DNA of 64,000 bases, from positions 14,705,918 to 14,769,917 of the forward strand of contig CM119269.1 of assembly GCA_051294375.1 (NCBI GenBank), in the 5' to 3' direction. Every line of letters starts with the position of its first letter. Position 1 is the first letter of the stretch. This DNA is from Paraspadella gotoi (Eukaryota; Animalia; Chaetognatha). Below are positions 14,958-29,364 of this stretch, piece by piece. The notes beneath the pieces are model-generated. The model made no database searches. It was not told the origin of the DNA and saw only the letters and a list, made by a program, of their open reading frames with translations. The translations under genes and the position numbers were made by a program.

Positions 14958-15398
14958 ATTTGTAAAACATGAAGAGGGAGAGAGTGAAGGAGGAGAGAAG
15001 AGGCGGAGTTGGCGAAAAGATGTAGGGTAAGGTCGTAACGCTGTCGCGATGAATCGATCATCGCTCACTTACCTTCTTTGCATTAAACTCACCCGGAGGC
15101 AGAGACGAGTCCCGAGATCTCCGACGTCTTTACGATCATCGACCGCGATATAACGACGACGACGACGATAACGACGACGACGATTAAGGCGACGATCGGG
15201 AGAATAAAATTCGCGCGGGTTTTTTCTTTTCTTTTTTTAAATTTAAATCTTCGTTTGACATTGAGAGAAAGATTTCAACTTTAAAATCTGAAATCGGATA
15301 AGAGGTCTCTTAAAAGTTCAGCTTTATTCAAGACTTCTATCCTGGTTAACAGTTTATTAAAAAATAGAAAAAAATAAATAATGAAAATAATTATAATA

Positions 15399-15491
<93 letters not shown>

Positions 15492-15695
15492 ATTTAATAC
15501 TATCTTTTTATTTTTTCTCCCTCAATCCTATTTTTTTTTTATACATAAAAAACCTATATCTTTGGATTTCTTAATCGGGTCTCCTGTCGGCGGCCATGTT
15601 TTTTTTTTCTTCTGACCCATTACCCTAGCGACTCGAACGGGCGACACTTGAGCCCCCGACGCCGTCTCCCGTTCCCTTCTGTCGACGCCGCGGTC

Positions 15696-15736
<41 letters not shown>

Positions 15737-16461
15737 TCATGGTGTGGTTCTTAGTTTTTGGACCTCAGGCGAAATTTGTCGTGGAACCCCGAAGCACGAC
15801 GAAAGTTTGATGCCGGATACAACCATCCGACTCATCGCGGGAAAAAGAGAGAGAGAGAGAGAGAGAGAAGAGAGAGAAGAGAGAGGAGAAGAGAGAGAGA
15901 GGAGAGAGAGAGAGAGAGCCTAACTGTACATGGAATTCCAAAGTGCCTTCATTATTAATCAATCACTATTCATTACTGATTGGGATAAAATTTTAATTTG
16001 CGTTTCTCATACGGAAAAGCGTCATTCGGAAATTACAAACTTTTATTAATCCCAAGATAGATATTATAAAATACAAAGTAACAAAGATAGTTTTTCTCGC
16101 AGTTGTAAAAAGATAGGCAATGAGTGATAAAATCATTTTATACCTACTTATAAATATTTATTTCATTTTCTATGTTTAACTGAGGCAAAACTACCCTGTA
16201 GCGAAACGTATGTAGGTCGGCATATAACCCCGGATGTAATAGGATCGAATGGGATGCTCTCATGTTTTTGGGGTTTGGGAAGTCGGAACCCCGTTCTCCG
16301 AAAGAAACATCGCAAAAAAAAAGAAGGAACAAGAATAAAAAAAGGAAGAATATAGAATCAGGACGAAGCATGAAGTATCAAAAAAAAGGGAAAAAAAGAA
16401 AAGAAAAGAAAAGAAAAAAAAAAGAAAAGTGATCGAATGTGTGGAAAGACGAGAGAACAGA

Positions 16462-16543
<82 letters not shown>

Positions 16544-17628
16544 ATCCCGCCCCAAGAAATCAATCAATCGATCTTCGTCTTAATTTTTTTTTCTTTGCCT
16601 TACGTTTGGTAAAAGGATTATATTCCCTGCGAAGACTGGGGAGCGAATAGAAATTTCCAACATGACTTGAAGAGGCTCGCCTCTCCGATTGGAAGGGAAG
16701 AGAGAGAGAGAGAGGTGAGAGGGAGACGCAGAGAGAGAAGAGAGAGCAGAAGAGAGCAAGAGAGTCGACGAACAAGTTAGATATACTGCTTGTTTTGACA
16801 ATGCATGAGATGGGACATGAGCATGTCTCATTTGCTCATCCTCTTCGTATTGAATCGTCATTGTCTCTTCCTCCTCCTCTTTTTCATGGCTTCCTTTGCC
16901 AGAGGCGATGTTTTTAAAATTTTCTTTTCTTTTAAGGTTGATGAGGCTTTTTTTTTTAAATCTTTTTTTTCTCTCTCTTCTTTTATTTTCCCCATCCGGT
17001 AGATTTCCAGTTTATGGTAACCGGGGCAATTTTCAAAAATTGCTTCCCCGAAAGGCTATTTGTTTCAGAAAATCTCNNNNNNNNNNNNNNNNNNNNNNNN
17101 NNNNNNNNNNNNNNNNNNNNNNNNNNNNNNNNNNNNNNNNNNNNNNNNNNNNNNNNNNNNNNNNNNNNNNNNNNNNNNNNNNNNNNNNNNNNNNNNNNNN
17201 NNNNNNNNNNNNNNNNNNNNNNNNNNNNNNNNCAGCTTCAGTCGTTGTAGTCTTTAAGTGATAATGAGTCTTTTTCTTTCTCCCACGTCGTCGCTGCTGC
17301 TGCAGCCCCTGCCTCCGCGGCTGCGGCTGGACTGTGCATGCTCTCTCTTCGAAGATTCTTTTTTGCATTGATTACTCTGACTCCGCTGCCGCCGCTGAAG
17401 CTGAATTCAATATGAGCTGTTGAAAGTCGTCACTGGTGTTAAGACTGTTGCTCGCTGATTAGAAAGTCATTTGAAAGTCAGGGGCGACATAGCTTCTCTA
17501 TTGAATGAGTGGATAGTTTCGTTTTTCAAAAGTACTATTCTTGAGAAAATGATAAAAATGAAATGAAAACCGAGGGCAGATCATCAAATCCTTGTCAAGT
17601 ATTACGGACAGGCACACTAACTTTCACT

Positions 17629-17667
<39 letters not shown>

Positions 17668-18613
17668 TCTCTCTCTTCTGAGGGCATATACTTTAAGTTT
17701 CGGCGTGACGCCAATTTGGTGACTCTATTGTTCCGGCTGCCGCGTTTGTTCTCCTCCGTCTGCCGCTCAGGTCGCGGACCTGTCCCGAACCTGAACCCCG
17801 ACGGTGTTCATTTTCTCCTCTTCTCTTCTCTACTCTTCCCTCTCTTGCGCGGCATTCTGATGCAAGACGTCCGCCGCATACCGACGGCAGCTGAAAGTCG
17901 CAGATCTGCTCTTTCCTTTATCCCAAAAGAATAAAAGAATAAACAAGAAAATAATAAACAATTAATGAAAAAAGAAAAAAGGAAGGAAAAATAAGGAAAG
18001 AAAGAAAAAAAAACAGAGATATTAAGAAAGAAAAGAAAGAAGAAAGAAAGAAAAGAAAGAAAGAAAGAAAAGAAGGGGAAAAATAGAAAAAAAAAGAAAA
18101 AACGAAGAAGGAATAAAAAATTAAGTTAATTAAATTAAAAAAATAAAGTAAATTAGCACTGCCAAATCAACGAATTAAGGAAATAAAATTTAACAACCCT
18201 ATTCATTTTAGATTTTAATTTCTTTTTATTTTTTTTAATTTTTTAATTTTATATCTTCCATTGATTTTGAAATTTCTGACTTATTCTTTTTTCCCTTAAT
18301 TTTTGTTTATTTTTTTTTTTAATTTTCAATTTGTTTTATTAGGGTATTATAATATTTTTTTAACTGAAACTGTTTTGCTCGGGCCTTTGTTTCAGCTTTG
18401 CTCCACTCCTAGTAAAGAAAGGCGACCTCTCAAAACAATTGCACAAAGACAGCTTTCCCAGACATAAATGAATATAGTTAAAAACTTTGCTAGACTTTTT
18501 TTTTACAAAATTATATTTAGCTAATCCAATTAAAATTAAAAGGAAATAAATCAACTAAATGTTTAAGTGATGAAAAATATTTTGTTTTTTGATAGTGTTT
18601 AAATTTAAAACTA

Positions 18614-18740
18614 CTGCCATATCATTATCTTGTAAGAGAGTGATGGATGGCCTTTAAGCCCCAAAGCCTGTCCAAATGTCAGGGGCTAAAGATAGCTTAT
18701 TTGTATTAAATGAAGGAATAATTTTTATATTGTTTGTAAA
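18614..18740 (+). mobile_element. Full-length but degenerate copy of the twister-like repeat
   Basis: TCATTATCTTGTAAGAGAGTGATGGATGGCCTTTAAGCCCCAAAGCCTGTCCAAATGTCAGGGGC... is colinear with 61461-61570. Confidence 0.75.
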
Positions 18741-20305
18741 GAAGTATTTATTATTAGTAAAAGGAAATTTTAGTTGAAGAGAAATCACAGTGCAGCAACA
18801 ACTCGGACTTGCTGGTTTCTGTTTAATTCGTTAGTTTCTTTAAAATTTTAGACAAAAGCAAACATTTTTACTTTTTTAATTAAATAGGTTTTTAATTTTG
18901 TTGCTCTGTTTTAAATTTTTTCATAATTGTAAACAATTTACTTATTATTTTATCATGCGTCTATTAACTATTTTAATATTAAATAAAATCTTGATCGTCT
19001 CAGCCAAAATAAATTAATTTGAAAACGTAACGATGTTAAAAACATTCAAACATTGTAAATTAAGTTATCTCTCTCTCGTTCAAAATCCAGTTTTTAGTTC
19101 TTGTATTCAAAAGTTATTTTATATTGATGCAGCGAGTTTTTGCAAAAAATGATACATATTTTTAAAAATATATAAACTATTATAAAATAATGCAACAATT
19201 TCTTTGCTTTGTTTTCACTTTCAGGTTGATCTTTTTTACAGGTTTTAAATTTTTTTTTTATTATTAATATAAATTTTCATAGAAATATAAGTAAATAAGA
19301 ATTTTCCCATCCGCGACCACGATCTCCGGACGTAGTCCTATTGCATTCGCGGATTTCTTCTCCGGATCAGAGATTATTCTCTCGATCCGGCAACCTCAGT
19401 CCCGGCGGCAAAGATTGGCCGGTCGACGTGGGTCCGGCCTGGTGGAACCAAAAGGCTCGGTGGCCGGACACCGTGGCTTCCTCGCCGGCGAATCTCGAGT
19501 ATACCCATGCTCTCTCTCTCTCTCCTTTTTCTCCCTTTCCTTTGAAGGGCCTCTTGTGGTCAGGACCGGGGGACGAGCGAACCCGCGGGCAGCCACGCCT
19601 TCGAATCCGCAGAGACCGATGGAGATTCTGATTCTGTGAACACAAAAGGAAAAAAGAGAAAAGAAAAAGAAGAAATGGAGAAAAAAAAAGAAGAAAAATA
19701 AGGAATTCGAGCGAAGAGAAAAGAAATAAATTTCAATGACAATCTTAGAATAACGGGGACAATTGGAACTACTTACAAACAAATCTATCTATCTAATGCC
19801 TATTTTAACAATTTTAACTGATTTCAAATACTCTGAATGATTTGTGGGATCGATCGATCGCTGCGAACACTTTCTTTCACTCCCGACCACGCCCAACATC
19901 TTAAGTTTCCGGCGTCGCGATTCTTGACGCGAAACGACGCCGACTTTGACGATGGCGAGAATCGCGAGGGCCTCGTTTCCTCTGACGCCGCTGACGCCGA
20001 GGACGCCGCCGCCGCCGCAGCGAAGGCCGCCCCCGACGCCGCAGCGAAGGCCGCCCCCGCGCTCGTCAGGGTCACTGGGGCGTCGTTGTCGAGGGTCATC
20101 AACCCCGGGCTTCTTTGCGGCTTNNNNNNNNNNNNNNNNNNNNNNNNNNNNNNNNNNNNNNNNNNNNNNNNNNNNNNNNNNNNNNNNNNNNNNNNNNNNN
20201 NNNNNNNNNNNNNNNNCTCTGTGGCTTTCGACCTTCGTTTTCCTTTTCCCCCCCCTTTCCTTCCCCCTCCCTCCCAATACGATCACGCCTCTGCTTTTTC
20301 CTTCT

Positions 20306-20353
<48 letters not shown>

Positions 20354-23300
20354 TATCTCTTCCTCTTCGACGCTCTGATCGTTTATTTCACAGATTGCAT
20401 CCGTGAAGATCCTCCCGTTGCCCGATTAACCAATCACCGCACTTCGATAATCTCTTTCCCTTAAACTCTTAAAGTCTTCCTCTTTCCACTTGTCAGTTCG
20501 GCTCTGATTATCCGTCCTTTCTTCCCATCTACGCGATTCAAGTTCGATATTATGTATCAGTTATGAATTTACATTCATCTAAACTCTGTAGGAAGTCTTG
20601 CCTGCCCGCTGCGCTCAGTTAAATATCGTATTATTACATTTTGTCAAAACGGAAAATTACTGAAATTGCTTTGGGACTCGCGTTTAATTACAGAGTTAAC
20701 TTAATCTTGAGGAACAAAGAACATGAAGATCGAGCTAATTCGTCGATCCGAACATAAAATAACGAATTTTTTTGTTAGTTTCGATTCTTCGTTGATTAAA
20801 AGAAGAAAACTAGAATCAATTTCGACGAAAAAAAAAATCTTAAGATTCTGAGGCGAAAAAAGGGAAAAAAAGGGAAAAAAAGAGGAAGAAGCGACATAAA
20901 AAGGACGCGTTTTTAATCAACGCTATCACAGCAAAGATTCATGACGTGGCCGGGGATGAAGCGAAAGAGAGAGAGANNNNNNNNNNNNNNNNNNNNNNNN
21001 NTTAAAAGTGTTGCTCACTGTAAATCTGCAAATGGCTTTTACGTAGTTTCTGATTGACTTGAATTGGTAGAAAGACAATACACCTACCGAAACACAATCA
21101 AGAACCCACGCCAAGAAAACGTATTCTAAAAATCGGACGGCATAGATGACGAAGAAAGATGCATAAAACCGAATTTATGCTCTTGCTAAAGGAGATATGG
21201 GTTACTCATCTTATGCCTTTGTTCTTTTCGTTAGCTTACCATTTCTGAACGTATAAGATGATCTTTTCGTCTCTCTTGGAGATTACACTGCTCTTTCTTT
21301 TCTTACCAGATATCTAGGCCATGTAGATACTAAGGACTTTTCCGCCCGTTCCACCAAACGTGCCCTTTTACAGTTCTAGGACGCCCTCATGTCACCATCT
21401 GTTCACCATTTTGATACCGTTTCACAAGACAGTGATGTCACGGCCATAGAGCCCACGATTTTGAGACACACTCCAGAGACTTGTGGACGTACTTGTGGCT
21501 CAGACTTTTTAGGCCGTCATAGACTTAGTGATACGCAGAATACTCATGATGAGAGAAAAACTCTCCCACCATTCTACACATTGGTGTATGGTGTGACAAA
21601 CTCGCCGATTACTCCCTTCATCACGGCGAGCCCGATCAGTGCGTCTAATTCGGCGCACACGTACGCAATGGCGCTGCGACGCGGCCACAGCCACTTCTGG
21701 AGACGTCAGCCCAGGGACGTGGAGGACGCGGCTCCTCCCAGCACAACGGCGGAGAGCAGAGAGTGGCGCGGTCCTAACACGAGGCTAACACGCAAGTGCT
21801 TCGCAACAAACGACGGCGTAGACGTCAGCTCACCAACAATGACGACGAAGACGACGACGAAAATGACCGACGAAGACCGACGCTCTGAATATCGTGACTC
21901 GTAGATGAATGAGATAATTGCAGCTAAGTTATGACGTCAAAGAGAGGCGACGACGAGTATCGCATGCTCAAGAAGCCAAACTTGGATGGCAAAGGTCAAC
22001 AGGACAAAACCGACGATGAAGTGAGGACAAATTAAACGATTTTTTTTTGATAAAGTACGCCTATCGAAGAAGCACACTGTACCCTAAGAAACGAATCTAC
22101 TCGAAGACTTGATTGAATTTGAAATAGACAACGATAATAAGGAGGTCAAAGAAGACAACGGACAACGACGTCATTATCACGGATTTGAAGAGCAAATAGA
22201 TCCAAAAACCGTTACGATGAGAGGACGTTTGAAGTTTGACCGAAGACGACAACATAATCACAAAATAAATGAATTTGTAAATTCCTAATATAATTAGAAT
22301 TTTAGACAGTAGACGATTTGTATAAATGGTGACCAGTGATTAGACGACGGGCATGCACATGGAAAGATGATCGCGAACCGACATAAAATGACGACGGAGC
22401 GAAGATGTACGAGAAAACCGACGACGAAAAAATGTATGAAGAGACCATGAGTAAAAAATCATGCAGCGGCTGTCCAGCAGCTGTTAGTTTCTTTTTCTCA
22501 CTTATTCGCAATTAATAAAATTGTCGCTCTCTCTCTCTATGAGAATGAAACATTATCCATAAGCTTATCACTATGAATGATTATTCATCAATCTAACAAT
22601 AATAGAACATATTCATATATATTGGGTATATCTATCACTAGCCTCGATCATTTGGTTATCATTAATCATGCCGCAATTAAGCTTATATCATTCGCATTCA
22701 ATTAATACAAATCCTAGCAGCTTGATCCTTATTGCTTATTTACAGTATTTTTACTCTCTAATTTTTTTAGGCTATACAAAAATACCCAAAAATTACGGTA
22801 AGAACAAAATCTAAACTTAAAAAAAAAAAATTTCAGGAAAATCTAAAATACGTAAGCCCAAATTTAAAAAATTTAATTCGAATATCAATTTCGGAAAATC
22901 TCAGAAATTAATTATTTATATTAAATAATCTTGTTTGATATTTTGTCTTTATTTTATATTTCATGTACTATATCGTATAAATAAGCGAACGTTTTAGTTG
23001 AAGTGGTATTCTTCTCATGTTATTGCAGTGCAAACTAGGACTTATTCAAATTTATACATCAAAAAAAAATAAATTTTTTTTCTTAAAGACCCTCTCGCTC
23101 TGAGACTCATTAAAAAATAATAATTGCAAACATAATAAATTAATACATATTCAATCGACATTATAGCCTTGGCTACATCTCCGGGGGGTTATCGAATTTG
23201 AGTTGTCAATGACTGCTTCTATCTAAATGCTGTACTACGCAAGATTACGTTTTTTTCTCTGTTTTTTTTCTGATTGGCACTTTAACAAAACCAAAGTTGC

Positions 23301-24580
23301 TGATCATAATTAGACAACTTAATATACTGCATCTTTGCCAATTGTTGGTCCTTCATTTGAATAGTATCAACCAGCATAGCTCTCATTTATGTATACTTAA
23401 TATATTTATATAAGAACGATGACTTTTATCTAGGATTTCCAACTTTGTTCCCTCATTATCTCAAAAAGTTGACCCCTTAAAAAAATTTTGGATTGGTCAT
23501 GTGCATATTGGTAGTACAGGACAAAGGCGAATAAATGACCATCGAGCCACAGAAAGATTTTTATTATATTGGAGTTATAATCTTTTGTCTTGTATTAATT
23601 AATTTTTTATTTTTTCAGATCTACATCGAGATAATAACTCCCTTTTAAATGAGATAGAAAAGCTGATATCAATTAATCTCCCGACCGAACATATATACAA
23701 AAATTTTTAACTGATTCTTCGAGGCTCTGACATAGTGTAATAGGGAAAAAAAAATGTGGGTGAAAAAAACAGGAGGAAGAAGAGCGACATAAAAAAGACG
23801 CGTTCATATTTATATCAACGCTTATACGACCAGCGTAGTAACTCAGTTCATGACGATAGGCCAGGTCGGCATGATTATGGACAAGAGGGAGAAGAGCGAG
23901 AGACGATGAGGATAGAGAGAGAGAGAGATAGTAGATGAGAGATAGAGAGAATTAAGAGCTGAGGAGAGAATAGACGCACCGGAGAGTCTCAGACTGACGT
24001 TTAAGCCCTCTGTGGCTAGAGAACGCAATCATTCTTCGCTTCTTTTCCCTCGCCTCAATTTTTGCGTCGAATGACGCCAAAAAAAAAAGCAAATTCGTCT
24101 CAAAGGTCATTCTCTCTCCTCTCTCTCGTCTCTCCCTCTCTCTCCTCTCTCTCATCTGCCATCATGTCTTCTCTGCGCTCTCAAACTTCTCTCTTCTCTC
24201 TCTCTGATCTCATCTCCTAATACGTCCGTCTAATTGTGCCAGGGCTTCTTTTGATGCCCGTCGTTGAGGAGGGTATGAGTGATCTTTTTTTATTTTTTCT
24301 TCTCCTTCTCGGTCCAATCATTTTCTCCGCCCAACCATTTCTCTCCGAGAGATGTCGCTGTCTCCTGACGGCGGCGATTTGTCCTCGCGTCATTTTTGTG
24401 GCGCAGAGAACGAAATCGTGACGTCGGAAGGAAAAAAAAGAAAATACGGAATTTTTTTTTCGAGGATAGAATACGAATCGTAACCGCGTTGTTTCGAAAT
24501 TCGATTCTTTGGGTCTTTTTTATAAATTTTTTTTTTTGATCCACGGGTATTTATTTGGCTCTTTCTTTACTCTTAATATG

Positions 24581-24660
24581 ATATGAAATTGGTACAACCA
24601 ATATAAAAATTATCCATTCATTTAATAAAAGCTCTCTCCTGACTTTGGACGGTCTTTGGA
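24581..24660 (-). mobile_element. 5'-truncated copy of the twister-like repeat
   Basis: Reverse complement matches GTCCAAAGTCAGG...TTATTAAATGAATGGATAATTTTTATATTGGTTGTACCAATTTCATA. Confidence 0.75.
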
Positions 24661-24944
24661 TAAAAACCGAGCCTTTCAGTTTCTACTTTCTAGGATATAA
24701 TTTTGATCGCACTGGCAGTTTACTTTAAAACTTTGAAATGGGATTTAAATGTTTTTGAATCATCATTTTAATTCAATTCAGATGAGACAAGGAAGTTAAA
24801 AAATGTTGATTTATCCGACGCTAAATGAAAAAAAGTGCGTGTAATTTCTTTTTTAAGAACTAATTACAATAACAAAGTTATTATTATTATAATTATTATT
24901 ATAATAACATTGTGTATAAACTATCAATTTCGTTGCGTTTTGAA

Positions 24945-25130
24945 ATTTAGGAGAAAAAAAAATTATTTGTTTTTATCAACGAATTGTATTGTTGTTAATA
25001 CATGTTTCGACTCTTGAGTTTTAGAGTCTTCATAACTGATGAAGACTCTAAAACTCAAGAGTCGAAACATGTATTAACAACAATTTAATTCGTTGATAAA
25101 AACAAATAAATTGTTTTTTTTTTCCTAAAT
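24945..25130. repeat. ~186-bp palindrome centred on the hammerhead motif (Penelope-like inverted insertion)
   Basis: Arms of about 90 bp are near-perfect reverse complements around CATAACTGATG. Confidence 0.85.
25036..25073 (+). ncRNA. Minimal type-I hammerhead ribozyme motif (Penelope-like element type)
   Basis: CTGATGA-A-GACTCT-aaaactca-AGAGTC-GAAAC-AT-GTA: intact core, 6-bp stem II, palindromic ACATGT stem III, GUA triplet. The stem I partner is lost at the inversion junction. Confidence 0.75.
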
Positions 25131-25140
25131 ATTATAATAA

Positions 25141-25215
25141 CAAAGTCAGGGGCAAGATAGCTTATTTATTAAATGAATGGATAATTTTATATTGGTTGTA
25201 CCAATTTCATAAATC
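25141..25215 (+). mobile_element. 5'-truncated copy of the twister-like repeat
   Basis: Near-identical to 61509-61584. Confidence 0.8.
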
Positions 25216-25885
25216 TATAAAATTTTTAAATTTCAGGGATAATATAAAATTGTTAAATTATTCATTACTGGAAATAATTAAATAAGTTAAACTCCTAGTC
25301 AAATCTCCAGTACGCTGTAGTATTTATATCCACACCATCGGTTGTATTGTAAGTTTGGTCGGTTTTCCTCGTCTTCAAACTTTCATCCCTTCAACACCAG
25401 ATTTTCCCACCCAATCCTCCCCTCCCTTCGCCCTACTCTCCGCCCCCCTTCCCTCCCCCTCACATCCCATCCGCCCACGTCACCGCCACTGAGGGTAACA
25501 ACGACGTCTCGGGGCGGCGGCTTCGGCGGCGGCGGCGGCGGCGGCGGCCATTTTGAAAATTGCCTTTTTCGTCTTTCCCATTCCAGCTTCTTTCTTCGAC
25601 CTCTTTTTTTCTGTCTCTTTCTCTCCCTTTTCTTTCTCTCCCCTGCTCTTCCTCCCCCCCCTCTAATTTTCCGCGCGCCCGTAAATCGATGGAACGTCGG
25701 GGGAAAAGAGAGAGATGGCGCTGGCGAAGCGGCGGCGAAACGCGNNNNNNNNNNNNNNNNNNNNNNNNNNNNNNNNNNNNNNNNNNNNNNNNNNNNNNNN
25801 NNNNNNNNNNNNNNNNNNNNNNNNNNNNNNNNNNNNNNNNNNNNNNNNNNNNNNNNNNNNNNNNGAGGCTCGGCCGAGGCAACAA

Positions 25886-25966
<81 letters not shown>

Positions 25967-26563
25967 TGATCCAGCGATCCAGCGCCATCTACAGCAGCGA
26001 GAAAGTCAAAAGAGAAAGAGATCATCCTCCTTTCATTTCTTTTCTTTTCTTTCTTTCTTTTTTTTTTTTTTGAGCGAAAATCATTTTTCTTTCGGTTTTC
26101 TTCTTTTTTATTTTTAATTTTTGTCTGTAGATTATTTTCGTAACAAAAAATTTTGTTTCAGATAAAAAATATCAAGGATAACAAACATTTTTTTTTCTTT
26201 CAGAAATTTGTTTCGTGAATATTTTAAACTTTCCTAACAAAAAAAAAATTTCAGTCTTCCGTTAAAAAAAAACCCAAACGGAGACGAAGAGACAATTTGC
26301 GATAATGGAAGGAAAGGAGACGAATTCGGTGCAAAACATCATTATAAAAAATGATCTTTAACAGCGCTGAGACCCGCCGAGCGCCTCGACTGCGTAATCA
26401 CCCTCAATTTGTTAGAAAAATTCAACTTTTCTTGCAAGAAAAAAAAATGTGACAACAACGATTTTACAGAAGGAAAAAAAATGTTTAAAGTTTAAAAAAG
26501 AAGCGTTAATGACAGAGGGCTAGAAGGTTACCAAAGCCTAAGAAATTTTTTTTCATTTGGGTC

Positions 26564-26615
<52 letters not shown>

Positions 26616-28881
26616 CTACTCGTTTGCAACAAAGACTTTTTTTCCGCCGACAAGACGTTCGAGTTGAAACGTTAAGAAAAAGTCATTAGTTTGAGAAGAA
26701 AAAAAATGGCTGCCTTTCAATTTTATGCAAATTTTAAAATGCAAATTTTCCAAGGAGCCCGGGGGAATTGAGGAGAAGGCTGAAGAGGAGATGAGGAGGA
26801 AGAGGAGGAGGAGAAAGGGGAGGAGGACGAGGAGGATGCGATATCGTCTGTGGCCGTTAGGCGTCGACGCAAACCGAGGCTGTGGAATGTTTGGTCTGCG
26901 ATGGGATGTGGGATGTGGGATGTGGGAAAGGGTTAGGAGATGGGAAGGGGAGATGGGAAAAGGAGGAAAGTGTGGAATTGGAAATGATGGTGAACCCCGT
27001 TCTTTGAGAAAGGAAAAGGGATTGAATTGAAACTCAGCCTTTCCAGCGCCCTCTTTTCTTTTTTCCCCCCGCCCATGTACCATGTTCATGTTTGCTACCG
27101 TCTTTCTTCCCTTGCTTTTTTCCTCTTGCAATTACCTCCCCTCCCTTGCTTTTCAAACCCTAAACCCTGCCTGGTAACTCCCTCTCTTTCTCCTCCTCCC
27201 TTCCCATGGGTTCATCGAGACAAAAAGCCTTTGACTTTAGTCTTTAGTCGATGTCGTCGTCGTCGTCGTCGTCGTCTTCTTCTTTATCCTTTTCGTCATG
27301 AAAATTCTCGTCTTTGCGTCAATTGTCGCCCGAAGAAAAGACGATCACTAACGACGTCACCATCATCCTGTATTCCATGTCATGTCATGTCACTGGTGAA
27401 CTGTTAGTTATTTTAGAGAACAGGGTATTTACAGTCGATGTTTTTAGTATTTTTTAAAACTTAACTTCATATACATCGTATATGGATTTACGTAAATAAT
27501 TTTTAAGTTCAGAGTATAATTATAAGGACCATGGACCATGGTTGTCGTCGTCGTCGTTGTCGTCGTCGTCGTCATCATTGTGGACGTCCTCTGCATCGAT
27601 CCCTTCGACGATCGAGACAAAAGCGCGCGAAACAAAAGGGCAAAGCTCCGAGATTCACTCTCGCGGCGCAAGCGAAAAAAAAAGTTCGCAGGACAAAAGA
27701 GCAAAGATTCCAACGCTAATGAGAAAATCCGCCGCTGGTGGCGCGAGGATTAATGAAAGGGGGGCGGACCGGGTCGGCGGACGACGACGACGACGACGAC
27801 CATGAAATCTGGATCGATATGATATGCAGTGGTGATGGGACTGATGGTCTATTCTGTGAATTAGGTGGTTTTGGAAAAGCCAAGTTTGCTTCTTTTTAAA
27901 TTGGTACGACAACTATAATATCAAAATGGTCAATTATTCAATTTATTCGGAAAATTCAAGTTATCTTTCCGCCTGACTTCCGCAAGTATTTCTCTTGAAA
28001 GATTTAGGTAAACAATTTCGTATCAACCAACTGCGGCTGCGCAAAGATCCTGATTATCACAATCATCATGGAAAGAACAGAAAAAAAAAGTCTTTGACGA
28101 CGAAAAAGAGGACGAATCTATTTCGATTCCCATCATTAGGAAGCGGATAACAATTTTCCAATCAGGAATAACAATCAGTTTGATCTTCTACATCTTTTTC
28201 AGTTTCTGGAGAAAATTATCAATTTCTCCATAAATGGAAAAAGAAAAAAATAGAGAAACGGAAATGAGATAAGATTATTATTTGCAAACGAAATCTAATT
28301 TCTAGAACTTTTCCTTTCTCTCTCTCTCTCTCTCTCTCGTCTCCTCTCCTCTCTCTCTGCTCTTCTCTCTCTCTCCTCGATCTTCTTCTCTCGATCTCTC
28401 CTCCTCTCTTCTTATTTTCTCACACACAATCTCATACATAAAGCAACACCCGTGAGACGGTTCTTTCTCCGCTTTTCGATTTCTAATCATGAGGATCGCA
28501 TCTCGGAACTCGGGGTCTTTCTTGGCGGTGAGAGCGTTGGGGTGTTGACGGTGTTTTCTCGAGCTTGGGGTGTTGAGGCTAAAAAGCTGTAAAGACTTTC
28601 TCTTTTAATCTTACAGATTCTCCTCCCCCTCCATACCCCTCTTCCTCCTCCCCCTTCTCCTCTTCTCGGTCCTTCCCCGTCGTTCCGGCCGCACGTCTGC
28701 CCGCGTTCTATCCCGCTTTCTATCCCTCTTCTGTCCCTTTAATCTCTTTCTCCGTCGGATAGAACCTTTTCTCTTTTTTTTCTTCTTTTTTTTCTTTCCC
28801 TCGAAAGACTTAATTTTCTTCTCGCTGACGTGTGGCATAAAAATGGAGAAATGCGGGCGAAAAATGTGGCAAGTTTGTGGC

Positions 28882-28989
<108 letters not shown>

Positions 28990-29295
28990 CGTGTGGCTCG
29001 TTTAAACCGATCGCTCTGCCTCTCGACGCTTCGAGATGCCATACGACGAAAAGATGGCGATAAGCATCGGTTTGCGACGACGACGACGACGACGACTGTC
29101 ACCGTAAACCATCCGTAACGCGATTCCTTTGCTTTGAGATTCATGGGGCCGTGACGGCGCGCGCCGCCGAAAACACTCAGTCCTCTCGTCTCCCTCTCCA
29201 TCTCTGCCGTCGTCTCGCTCTCTGTCCCGCCGGCGGCGAACAAAAGACCCGACGTGTGAACGTGCCTGCTTATCTCTCTCTTTCTTTCTCACTCT

Positions 29296-29332
<37 letters not shown>

Positions 29333-29333
29333 C

Positions 29334-29364
<31 letters not shown>

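Noticed and set aside
17701-17800. RSGRG peptide resembling the Runt FVGRSGRG
   Set aside because: No preceding RFNDLRFVG and no donor site after it; a chance match.
19341-19645. GC-rich ORFs with Trp-rich peptide
   Set aside because: No recognisable homology or exon boundaries.
19824-20123. Ala-rich GC island, ORFs on both strands (LVRVTG...NPGLLCG faintly like Runt LVRTxSPNFLC)
   Set aside because: Spacing does not match the Runt domain, it is cut by a gap, and no consistent splice sites were found. Left unresolved.
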